A stretch of DNA of 64,000 nucleotides, taken from NCBI GenBank assembly GCA_000320545.1, contig ADNK01000266.1:94593-158592 (forward strand), read 5' to 3'. A program made the translations under genes and the position numbers. The notes beneath the pieces are model-generated. The model saw only the letters and a program-made list of their open reading frames with translations, was not told the origin of the DNA and did not search any database. This document shows positions 14,381-26,300 of this stretch, in pieces. This DNA comes from Bigelowiella natans CCMP2755. Its lineage: Eukaryota; Protista; Cercozoa. Positions within the stretch are counted from its first letter, which is position 1. Every line of letters starts with the position of its first letter.

Positions 14381-16040
14381 TCATATTATTGGCCACTGGA
14401 TCATGGGGAAGACGCTCAATACTTTTGCCATTAGGCATCCCAAGATAGTTCCTATCGAGTATCCTAAGGTGCCAGTCAGGATTGCTGGCTGGACAGCTGA
14501 TTTCCATCCTTTTGCTGCAGCCATTGCGCTAGCAGTTGCAGGGCCCCCAACGTTCGCGTTTGCAGCCACTAAAATTGCCCATGTTGGATAACCTAGCAAA
14601 CCTTTCCCCAACGCCAACGAAAATCCAAGCTGGATTAGGAGGAGAATCAAAATGAATAGAAATACTGGCCCGCCCATGCTTATGGCAACCTTGATATCTG
14701 CACATGCGCCAAGAGTAGCAAAAAACACGAGCATTAATGCAGCACTTAGTGCTGAAGAACCAGAGAAGATATTTGAGGCAGCAGAGCGTTCCCTAGAGTT
14801 CTTGGATTGGATATATTTTGAACTAGCTGTGGAGGTTATGAGGACTAAAAGTGGTGCTATGATACTTGCTAACCCTAGACTCAAGCTCGGTTGCCCGAAT
14901 GCCGATGCTACACGTCTCGATATGTCCAGTACTATGAGTGAGGTTGCCAGAGAGCTAATTATCGACATTTTTGTCGACATCTCTCCTTGGTTGCTATCAG
15001 CAGCATCACAGTTTCCCTTGTCACAATGATAATTTTTGGGTAGTATATCAGGATTACTCTCTGCAGCACCTGGTCTAGTTGCAGGGATTATCATAAGGAC
15101 AGTTAGATATAGTGCCATTGCTACATTATCAGCTGCCATTCCAGCTGCAAGAAGTGCTTGTTCACTTCCCTGCCCAAGGGTCGCAGCAGCAGCAGCAGCA
15201 TCAACACCGCCAGAACCGCCCATTCCAATTGCCTGGGCTGTGCTGGCGAAATTTAAAGATCCTCCAATATAGCTAGCACACAAGCAGGCAGCTATTCGCC
15301 AGCCTTCTACTCCGAGCAGTCCTCCAACAAAGTAATATGCAACTAAAGTTCCAATAATAGACCCTACCGCACCAATTACGAAAGCCTTTAGTACAACTCT
15401 GAATTGCTTCTCTAACAATTGTCGTAAGTTCGATCCTAGCAATGCAAGTGCTACAGCCAAGGGCATTAGATGCGACCACACCAACTCGTATGCTGCAGAT
15501 ATGGCAGGAAGTATTCCGATGGATGCAAGCAACATCGTAGATCCAAGTGCGACAATAGGTGCAGACAGAGTTGCTCCTATTTTTGTCCTGTCCTCCATTA
15601 CTTGTCCTACCATTGCCGAAAACATCAACACTGCCATGACGGTTAGATCGGAGTTGACAACCCATGAGCTTGGTGGAGCAATCGCTGTCCTCACTTCTGT
15701 GGGAAAACGGTGAACCCCACGAGAATTTGTCGCCGATTCTGGTTTTTGATACCGATGACGTTGATGATTATGACTACGCCGAGGATTGTTACAATATCGA
15801 GTATAAGCGCTGGATAACCGAAGCCTTGGGTCCTACGTATTAAGGTCGAGAAGCGAACAATCAGGCATCGTATTAGAACTTGATCTTAAACTTCTGCTTA
15901 AAGCTATTTACTCGGATCTTCATTGTCGTCGCAGAAGTTTCGGCAATTCTTTTCCGACTGAGGTCTTGTGCATTGAGAAGATGTGGAGAGGCATACCATT
16001 GCGAGGAGAAAGCAGATTGGGCAGCTACTACGGAGAGCAT
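14381..16040 (-). CDS. DUF819 (YjcL-like) multi-pass membrane protein with long N-terminal Ser/Arg-rich extension, possibly plastid-targeted
   Basis: Long exon with ASYIGGSLNF, AADN and ANANVGGPATA...GW...PAILTGTLGYSIGT motifs and many TM segments. Upstream exon MLSVVAAQSAFSSQWY...MKIR joins in phase 0. The true start may be further up (ATG about 16196). Confidence 0.85.
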
Positions 16041-16465
16041 CTGTCTGTTCAAGAGCTGGCGTTGTGGTGGGAAGTATAGTTGTAGTAGTTTTTCCTTGTT
16101 TTAGTAATTATTCAATTATTGTGGTCGCTCCTAGGACGGAGAGGATAAAGAAGTAGTAGTAGTAGTAGTAGTAGTGGGGGTCTTAGCAGGCACCATGTCC
16201 TCTATCCGAACACTCCCGACTCCCGACAATAATAACGACAAATCAATACCGGTAATAATATTAAAAATGCATGAATTCCATGCGGTTTTCATCAATAAAC
16301 TATAGTATTTGTACGTCGCTCAATACACGTACATGTCCTACTCATTCTTCTTCCTTGTCCTTCATTCCTCGTTCATTCATTCTTCCTAAAAAGCGTGAGC
16401 CTTCTCCACACGCCTCCTTCCTTCCCAACCACAGCACCTGGAAGACATCCTGGCAGCACACAAGC

Positions 16466-19212
16466 ATGGAATCTAAGTTAGATCTCACCGTTGTTTTCAA
16501 CAAGGTGTTTCATCATAACCATTGAGCAGGCCTCCGACACGCTTTGATGATTGGTTTCTTTTGTGCAAATAGGGCGAGAAAGTACTTCCATTACAACTGA
16601 GTGGTGATACTTTGGTTTCAACTTTAAAACGATTGGTAGCAGCAGAAGTTCATGTTCCGGTGTCTGATCAGAAAGTCTTCTACAAAGGTGGTGGATCGAT
16701 CACAGCAATGTGTGAGTATGTTCAAGGCTCAGATTAGTCGATTGAATTCAATTATGAAAAAGGTTCTGCCTTGACGGATACCAAGACAATAAAGCAAAGC
16801 GGTATTCAAGATAAGGATGTGATAGGTATCCTGGTGATATATCATCAATTTAGTGACCATGCACACACACATGCATTCGGCCCAATGTCGATCGATACAC
16901 TGACAAACGCCCTCACACTTATAACTCCGAAACACACACACACACTCACACGCTAAAACACACATGCAGAGGTCCAAGGAGTTTCACTATCGCAATCCCT
17001 AACGAGTTTGAGCCAGATCCCTCAACATATATGGCAGGTGACTGTTACTATGCAGCAGCATAAACTTGGCATGTATCAGAAATTCCTTGCCTTACACACG
17101 TCTGCCCCCCCCCCCCCCCCCCCCCCCCCTCCTCCTCCTCCTCCTCACCTTCATTGCCATCATCATTATCATCATCATCATTCTTTCTGATAGAATCCTG
17201 CCCAGCTTCAAGAGACTATCAAAGGAAATCCAAAGTTGTTGAATCAGCTTCTCCATCAGGTATGCTGTACCTAGTACCTAGTAGGAACTCGCGAATTATG
17301 ATTGCGACAGACTGGAAAGGAACTACTACTCCCATAATTGGCATCACGCAATGACTTATGATATTAATGTTGGTGGTAGAACCCAACATTGGCAACGGCA
17401 GTTATGAGCAATAACACATTTATGTTGGAGCAATATTTCATTGAACAAAGGTAACAGTTTGCACATTATTTTGCAGCTGTGTACGACCCTCAGTTAGTCG
17501 TCGTTGATTGCCATGATATCGTGTAAATCGCGATGTGTTTGGAAAACAACCACGACTATGTAGCACTAAATCACACGGATCTATACACTAGGAGAGCTCG
17601 AGAGGCTGCAAAAAGAAAAGAAGATATGGAAATTTCCCGTCTCCAGGTACAAGATATTACAACATGCAATGCAATTTTCAGAAGTTCTCCTTTTCCTTTT
17701 TTATTTTCTCATGTATGACCATGATTACCAACCATCATCATTATGATAATATCTTAAAGGATGAAAGGTATCATACGAATTCAAACACGATGTGATGTTG
17801 CGGTGAGTTGGTGATCCAAAAACAAGGAATATTCTGCCATTTATAATACTTCTCCGTATAGGCTAACCCTTTGGATCCGGACTCTCAGAAAAGAATCCAA
17901 GAAATAATTCGAGAAAAGAATATTCGTGAAAATATGGAGAGGGCTATAGAACACAACCCAGAATCGTTTGGCAGTGTCATAATGCTTTACATTCCATGGT
18001 ACAGTAGGAAAGCTTTAGGCATCGTTAAATTCTACGAATATTTTACCTATTATTGTATTGCATCCTTTCTTTTTATTTTCATTTTCTTCATTGTCATTCT
18101 TCCTCATTCAGCGCCGTGAATAAAGTTCCCCTTAAAGCATTTGTGGATAGCGGTGCCCAGATGACAATTATGTCTCAAAAGTGCGCAGAGAAAGTCGGAT
18201 TAGCGCACCTAATCGACAAGCGGTGGCAAGGCATGGCAAAGGGAGTGGGTACATCAAAAATCACAGGAAGAATTCATGCTGCACAGATTCAGATCGGCAG
18301 TGCATTTCTTACCATGAGCATTACTATTCTAGAGAATCAGGTGAGCTGTTGTATTCGTAAATATCATGTGGCAGTAGTGTTGTAGAACAGAGAGGAGACG
18401 AGAAGAAGAGAAGGAGCTGAACCACCCACTAGACCACCACTTGCTGTTTCCCATAACACTACGACTTTATTTATGATTCATACCTCCCCACCTCCTCTTC
18501 AAGGACATGGATTTTTTGCTTGGCCTGGATCAACTCCGTCGTCACCAGGCTTGTATTGATCTAAAGGACAATTGCCTGCGTATCCAAGGCCAGAACGTGA
18601 AATTTCTATCTGAGAAAGTACTAGTACGGAGGAGGAGGGGGAGGAGGAATGAGATTTTTTTTTTTCACCCCAATGTAGATATATGATCCTAATAGTAGTT
18701 ATTGAGTGATATACTACTTAACAACAGGACATTCCTAAGAATGGAATATTTCAAGATGCCAAAGGAGGAAGAGGCGTTGGTAGCACTACTAGTAGTAGAA
18801 GTAGTAGTAGTGGTACAAGGAGTGTTGCTGCTGATAGCAAGCAGTCAGGCCCCAGAGGCAAAAAGCAGGTACTTTGTTACTATAGTTCCAGCAACCGTCT
18901 TTATTGAGAATGAATTTGATAATGATCAACAGAAGGAGGATAGGGAGACAATATTACTCGATTTGCAATATTAATCGATATTTCATAGATGGTCGTTTGT
19001 TCACTTACTTACAGAAGGTTGGGGGTTCTTCTTCTTCTTCTTCTTCTTCTTCTTCTGGCATGGAAACAGAGGCTTCGTCTCCTCCAACAGCCTCAAATTC
19101 TAGACCAGGTGTGATGTCTGTGGATGTAAGTATGAAATATCTGAAAGATGATATACGTCGATGGTGCTCGTAATGCTGTCTTGCGTGTACTCTTTTTTAA
19201 AAGTTAGAACTT

Positions 19213-19301
<89 letters not shown>

Positions 19302-19850
19302 GGGAAGGAGGTTACGTTTGGTGTGATACACAACCAGCAGGAGCAACAATGGTATCGGCGACTACTAGTACGATGAGCACTAACAGCAACAGAAGCGCAC
19401 CATCGACTATTAACCCGGTGCGTGTGTGTGTGTGCGTGCGCGCGCGCGTAGTGATAAGAGGAGGGAGAAAAGCGTGGGGTGTTTTTCTCTTATCTGTTTT
19501 TCATCATTATGATGATATCATTTTGCAATGAAGATGATTCCGAATATGGTGCTAGTGGTCTCATGCCAACTTTTATGAAACAGCAACATCTTGCAACTCT
19601 GATAAGCATGGGATTCTCACCTGCAATGGTCGGTTAAATTTTGTCGCTGTATATTCCTTTCTTTCATGTGATATGTGTGTGAGGGGTGAGCATGTTACTC
19701 TATGTTCAGGCTCTGGAGGCTCTCACAGTGAGCGGTGGAAACGTAGAACTTGCTGCAGCATATCTCTTTACAAGGGTGATTTTTTTTGCATACATATTTG
19801 AATGTATTGGTCATCACTTAATTTTTTCCTTTATTTTTATTTAGCAATAG
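16466..19850 (+). CDS. DDI1: DNA-damage-inducible protein 1 (UBL - helical domain - retroviral-like aspartic protease - UBA)
   Basis: UBL exons (16466-16824); [13 protein letters not shown]...[21 protein letters not shown]; [37 protein letters not shown]; [20 protein letters not shown]; C-terminal UBA LISMGFS...[18 protein letters not shown]. Confidence 0.95.
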
Positions 19851-19939
19851 ACGCAGCAATGATGGGACAGAGCTTCAGCTCGAAAGCGAATATCTTTTCA
19901 GAATTAGTCTTGAATGGAATTGTGTTTGCCAGAAGCCAG

Positions 19940-20900
19940 TTCATGCCCGCGCATGTATACGCAGAGTAGGCGAACTAGAGCACGCACGTGATGTACGTTA
20001 CAAATGTGTTAACACAAATACGTATACGTTTCATTCAAGCATAATAAATGCGTGCAGAGCGGTGCCAGCTAGCGTGATATGCATTTGGTGGTTGCTACTT
20101 GTACAGTGTTAAATTATGCCACGCATGCGTGCCAAAAATGGATGCTGTGCCAAATAATGTGACATCATTAGAGCTACATGCATTAGGATGACCACTGAAA
20201 AAAATAATAGAAATGTGATTATATATGATCAATTTATTAGTCATCCATATCATTACACATCATAAGCTCTTGCATAAAAAGACGTGTCTAGGTGTGCGTA
20301 TCTGCTAGACTAGCTAGCTAGCATGTGTGCCACCAATCATGCTAGCATGGCGGCCTGCTGCTGCATGTAGGACACTACACGTACTAGCTAGCGCACTTAT
20401 ACAAAAGTAAAAAATGCTGCGCCATTCTAGCATTCGCTACAATCTAGCAATCTAGCTGCTAGTACAGGTGCGCGCACAATCTAGCAATGATCCATTTTTT
20501 TTTAGTACTGCTCGCGCGTACGTACTAGCCTATTAGTGGCTACGGGCTAGCCCCGCCCTAGCTAGCTAGCTATCTCGACTTTTTGAGTGCGTCATCTCAA
20601 CTAGTCAATGTTGCGATGACGCATAGCGAGTGTTGCGGGCTTTCGATGCAAGTTCACATTCATTGTGTCTATATACATGTAAGCAACACAACTCCAATCA
20701 CAATGCACAGCATGGCTTCTGGGAAAAATCCTGACTTTTTTTGGTTTCCCCCCCAAAAATTGTCATTATCTACATGCTGATCTTGGCAACTAGCCTAGTG
20801 TAGCCTGTCAGCTGTGGCATTGTCTAGATGTCTGATGTAGCAGCCGCATTTATTGCTGAACTATACGAATGCGCTATGTACTGCTAGTTCAGCTGAGCGC
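19940..20900. other. CTAG/CATG-rich convergent spacer 3
   Basis: Lies between DDI1 (+) and the mito EF-hand gene (-), e.g. ctagactagctagctagcatg and ctagctagctagctatc. Confidence 0.7.
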
Positions 20901-21104
20901 GCTGGATATTCTAATCTTAGTTCTTATTGCTTTTTACCAATAAAAATTTAGATCATAAAATGTGCGTTTAGGCGTAAATTTGAATTTTTTTTATCGTATG
21001 CACCACACTAGCACAGTTGGCATAGATCCAAACCGTTGTCCAACCATCGAACTATAGGGAAATAAAGATGCTTTGTACTACTACGTGCGCTCCTCTTGAC
21101 ACTA

Positions 21105-21497
21105 CTACTCGTGTTCGATCTGAGCGCCATCCAGTGAAGATTCCATCTTTTTGAATTCATCCAGGGCAGATGTAAGCCAGGCTGAGAAAGCCTCCCGTTC
21201 AATATTGCCGTCCGGGTTGAAAGAAACCTTTCCATCTTTGCTAGCTTTAACCAAATCAAGCAAGTCGAGGGATTCCCAAGTGACACCCTGTTATGATTTA
21301 TAAAGTAAATAAATGATACAGTCATTAAATCTTGATTTTTCTAATTTTTTATCACCTTTCCACCAAGATTGTTCTTCTCGATTAGGCGAGTGAGCTCAGC
21401 ACCAGCACCTTTGAACTTATATGCCTGATTAGCGGAAAAATATCAAAAGTGTTCAACCGTGCAAACCAGTAGTATTAGCTCGACATCACCCCATACA

Positions 21498-21570
<73 letters not shown>

Positions 21571-22045
21571 CAACCTCTTCGATCTCATAAGGTTCGATCA
21601 CATCGTCACCGTTCAAATCTGATAATGTCGAGGAGACTTAGTTGGATCGAAACTAGTACAAAGATGACGGGTTCACAATAAATACTCCGAAAAAATCTTA
21701 CCAAAAAGCATGAAAGCATCCTCGCAGAACTTTTTGTATTCCTGAAAATTCCAGCAGTTTGTATACGTCATCATATTCATATTTTATATGTTAAAGGCAA
21801 TCACTTTTCTATGCAAAACTTTATCTAGGATGACGATGTGAGTCTCACAAGTCAGGAAATTAAATTACGTTTGATTCTGTGGAAATGCTTCTCAACTGTG
21901 TTCCAGAAATAGAGATTGGCCGGCAGAGCAGCGATTTATGAAGCATTGGAGGTGTCCAAAGCGAACCCTGCATCTTACTTATGAGGCGAACACCGCCCAG
22001 CCGGCGAAAGAAGGGACGCGAGAGGAAGCGTGTGACACGAGACAT
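21105..22045 (-). CDS. Small EF-hand protein with predicted mitochondrial presequence (5 exons)
   Basis: MSRVTRFLSRPFFRRLGGVRLISK...LRSIST is Arg/Ser/Leu-rich with no acidic residues. Then EYKKFCEDAFMLF|DLNGDDVIEPYEIEE (EF-hand loop), ending DGAQIEHE* at 21105. Confidence 0.75.
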
Positions 22046-23349
22046 TGAATCCACCTGAGTTTCAGATCTAACTACACAAGGGCCTTCCAATATTACATCG
22101 AATAGCCTATAATATACTATTACGACATACATTCTTTGTTGTAGAGGGCAGCCCAACTGACAACAAGCTTCCGGTCTGTGCACAGGTCTCTGAAGCTGTG
22201 CAAATTCAGATCATCTTTACCGTCTTCGTGAAAGAGCATCTTCTTTTTGGCCACTAAAAATGAAATTCAAGAGAAACTGCTGCGCTAGAACAATGGAGTA
22301 CAGATTAAAATCTGTACTTTCATTGGGAGCAAATCCAACCAAATTCATTTGCATAAACTCTTACAGTTTTCAACACCAACTTTTTTAGAACGGCATTCAA
22401 ACGAGACAAAGAAGAAATTCTAAGGTAGGGTTATATTTGTGTACATGAGACAACATGTAAAACTAAAAATTGAACACAATTCTAGTTTCTCTCATTTGGA
22501 CTCTGCAATTAAAAATCTTATGCATGTAATCCCAAAAGCTTCTCTTACTTTCCGGTCATGTGTGAGATATTCAAAAGCCATTCAAAAGCTCTTTTTATCG
22601 GTTTCGCAACATATCTTGTCTCAGGTAATAAATTCACTTGTATTTAGAAGGCGAACTCATCCCAATTGATAATAAATAATATGTGTGGTCATCGTGCATA
22701 ATATCTGGCTTTCAGATTGAATATTTGGATGAAAAGGACTGTATCTTTATAAAATATCATGTAAGAAGAAATCATAAGAATAAACTAATCTGAATAATGT
22801 TTGTAAATTATTAAATTATGGATAAAATAAAGATGCGACATACAAAATACATTTTTTTTATAATCTTTGTTGGACAATTTCTACTTTTCAAGACATTCTA
22901 GATGAGTGGTCGGAAGACATAGTCTGATATTCACTAGAGGACTGTTTCTGGTTGTAACGCCCGCTCCCCCGTTGGGCTTAGATTTTAGCCCGAATCCACG
23001 TCGATTGACCCCTGCATCCTCCTGGTATCATTGCCAACGGGGAAGAGGTAAATGATCAATCTAATTTATCCAATAATATTGCAGGATTTGTTAGCATATT
23101 CATTCTTCCCACGTTTTCTCGTCACATAAATGAATTTAGTAGTTGTCTCCTCTGCACGTATGCTCTTCTCATCTTTAGAACAATCATCGAATATCGAATA
23201 ATGAATTATTTCTAAAATTAAAAGCAAGTAGCTCTTATTCTGGTGTTCGTTTGCGATATATAGGGGCAAGTTGTGGAGGTGAGAGGAGGTTCGCAAAAAA
23301 AATAGAGTAACGAGACACAGGCAAAGCTGGTTGATAGTTGTTACATAAG

Positions 23350-26300
23350 ATGTCCAAATCGAAGCAAAGAGGTCTTTATTCAGAGGGCTTAGGGCCGTCG
23401 AATCAGAAGGTGCGTTCCTTCGTATCCAGTGGCCCGAATCCTGCTTTTACACAGTCAAGGGCCAGGGCTCTACGCGCACGAAAGTACCGGTTGAATGTTC
23501 CTGGGGGTCGAAAATGGGAGACACAGGAAAGGAGTGTAGCTACTAAGATTGGTGTAATAGAGCCGAAGGTGATGGTACCACACATCACTCTGCCAGGAAA
23601 ACCACCAAGGAGAGTAGAAGTAGAAAGAAAAAAGAGATTATACGCTGCCCAAGATATCAACGCTTTGCTTAAAGAATCTGGAGTAGACTATTCAAAATTT
23701 GCAGTGGATATTGACCACAAAACTGGAATGAGGGCATATCTTCCTCTGCAGCTGTTTGAAAACACAAGTTATCAAGTTCGGAGCAACTCAGAGTGGATTC
23801 GACTTGGAACCAATGCTGAAGGAAAAGTATCTATTCCAGCAAAAGGTCTCTGGTTTGATCCAGGGAAAAACTATGAAGGCTCCTTTAAACCATGCATAGT
23901 AACGGGTTATGACGAATCTAAAGACAAGTTTGTTGTCCAATGGAAAGAGTCGCTCTCATCAGAAGGAAAATCAGCGGAGGCTACTGCGAAGGGAATCGCA
24001 GACGGCAGTTTGTCTTTGCTTTACCGCATACATCTTTGCTTTGATGCTGAGAACCCTTTCAATTTCGTAAAGTGCGTGGCATATGCCCATGAGGCAAGAC
24101 GGTGTTTCGAATCTCAAATTAAATACTCTCTCTATGTGGACTCGATGCCGACAGATAACATTGCTCCGCTTGAGAAGGACCAAGTGGATAGAGTCCTTGA
24201 GAACAGCTTCAACACCAAGAAGCTTAAGAAGTCTGGCCTGGACACAGAAGAACTTCTAGATGAGATCGAAATTGACTACGCCCGCACAATGAACAAAATT
24301 ATCTTTGATGGCAGCTCGCATTCTCCAGAACAGAAAATGCTCGCTGAGACATTAGGTAAGTATTTTTACTGCGGACAACAATTATGTCACCAATATTCCC
24401 TTTCTGAGAAATATTTCATTATTGTCATTACTATACTCTTGGAAACCATGGCTAACCTTGATCATTCCTCCCACCTCTTTTTAGGAGACATGCTCGACTC
24501 AAAGAAGACCACGAAGCAAGCTGCTCTTAAAAAGGGGACTGTGGATGTTCCAGTTTACTCCTTTCACCAGCGATCTAGTAATTACCAATACAGTCATATT
24601 TAAGAATCAGGAATGTATTGCTGTTATATGCTTCTGGAGCCAAACAAATCACATTTACGATTAATAAATTTGAGCCTCACGTGTCTTCTACCTTTCTTCT
24701 AGGTGACTTCAAGTTCTGCACTTTCTATACCGCTGTTGAAGCCATCACTGCAATGACTTCAGTCAACGGACAATGCGGCCAGATTCTCGAATCTTACCTT
24801 TTCAACACAAACGTGCATAAGAGTATGCATCTTGATGAATTTCTTCAGCTACAAATCTCGACGCTTCAACAGCGTTCCACAGAACTCAAGGAAAATTGGA
24901 CAGCTCGTTTGATCGATGATATCAGGCGAATTCTTAGGAAGGCAGGAAAAGGATCCCTGAACATTGGCATTGCATCGCAGGACATGTATAAGTTCTCGAA
25001 AGTTCGGCGTTTTCTCAAACTTACCAACTTTGTCATGGAGGATTCGATCCGATTCTTAGCGAAAGACTCTTTGCAAAAGTTTCATGACTTCATTTTATCG
25101 AGTTGCGACTACAAAGTAGAGGTCAAAGGTATCAGTGAGGTGAAAGTTGCAAAAGGGGAGAAAGCTAAGGAGAGAGGCAACTGCCCTCCTCTCTTTGCAA
25201 TCGATCTCCACATTAGCGATGGCAAGCTCGGGTATGCGACTGACATAGCCAAGTTTCAAGAAGAGACCCAAAATATATATGACGATGCTTGCCAGAATCT
25301 GCAACAAATTCCACAACTTGAGCCATACATTATGGATAAAGTTTTTAAGTCGACTGTTCGAGGCGTAGCGAAAGTAAAGAGTATATTCCGCAATCCAAAA
25401 CCAGATCCTCTCAACTTCGAGCACAAGGAGATGATGTGGGTGCAGGATTTATATGATAAAATTGGAAAGACCATTTCCCAGGCTTCTGAGCCGCTTACAT
25501 CTTACATCGAGCAATATAACATCTACGCTGATTTCATCAAGCTTGATGTAGAGGCTTACGTAACCGATTTCTACAAGAACCAACGTTCTAGAGGGGAGAT
25601 TGAAGCGGAAATGAAAAAGCACATCGAAGCTATAGAACAACTTCAGGATGTCTCGAAGGGGGGCATACCCGACGAAATCAACCTTGGTTTGTTCATGGTT
25701 CAATCCGTCAGTTGTCGCAATTCACTTGTGAAGAAGAGAAAGCAAGTGATGACGCTCATACAGGAAAACTTCTGCAAGCAAACCAAAGCGCAATGCGATG
25801 CGCTCACTAAAGAGTTTATGAAGCTCTCTGGAGATCTCAGAGTGGACGTTGAAAGCGTCAAGCAGATGACGGAATTGAAAAAGTACATGAACATGGTGCC
25901 GATTAAAGTATCTGCCAAGCAAGATGAATTGGACTCTTGCATGAAGGCTTTTGATCTACTCTTTGAGTACGGTTATCGCATGCCCAAAGAGCTTTTTGCA
26001 GTGAAGTGGAAGACCTACGCATGGCCCCTCAATCTGCATAGGCAAATTAAGCAGATAGAAAGGAAAATGATTGCTGACAAGGCGGCCTTCGTTAAGGAGC
26101 TTCAACAGAAACAGCAAATGTTTCAGAACGAGTACGAAACAGTGGAGAAGCAGGTAAATTCGTTTGCATCCCTGACTGATTTGGAGCAGTTCAAGTCTGT
26201 CGCTGCCAAATCAAAAGACGTATCTGAAAAGCTCAGTGAGTTCATGGAACGCACAAGAGATTTTAATTCGAAGGAACGTATGATGAAACTCAAAGTAACA

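Noticed and set aside
22130-23300. Possible extra small gene between the mito EF-hand gene and DNAH1
   Set aside because: Exon-like pieces exist on both strands, but I could not join them into a consistent ORF. Left unannotated; it may be UTR exons.
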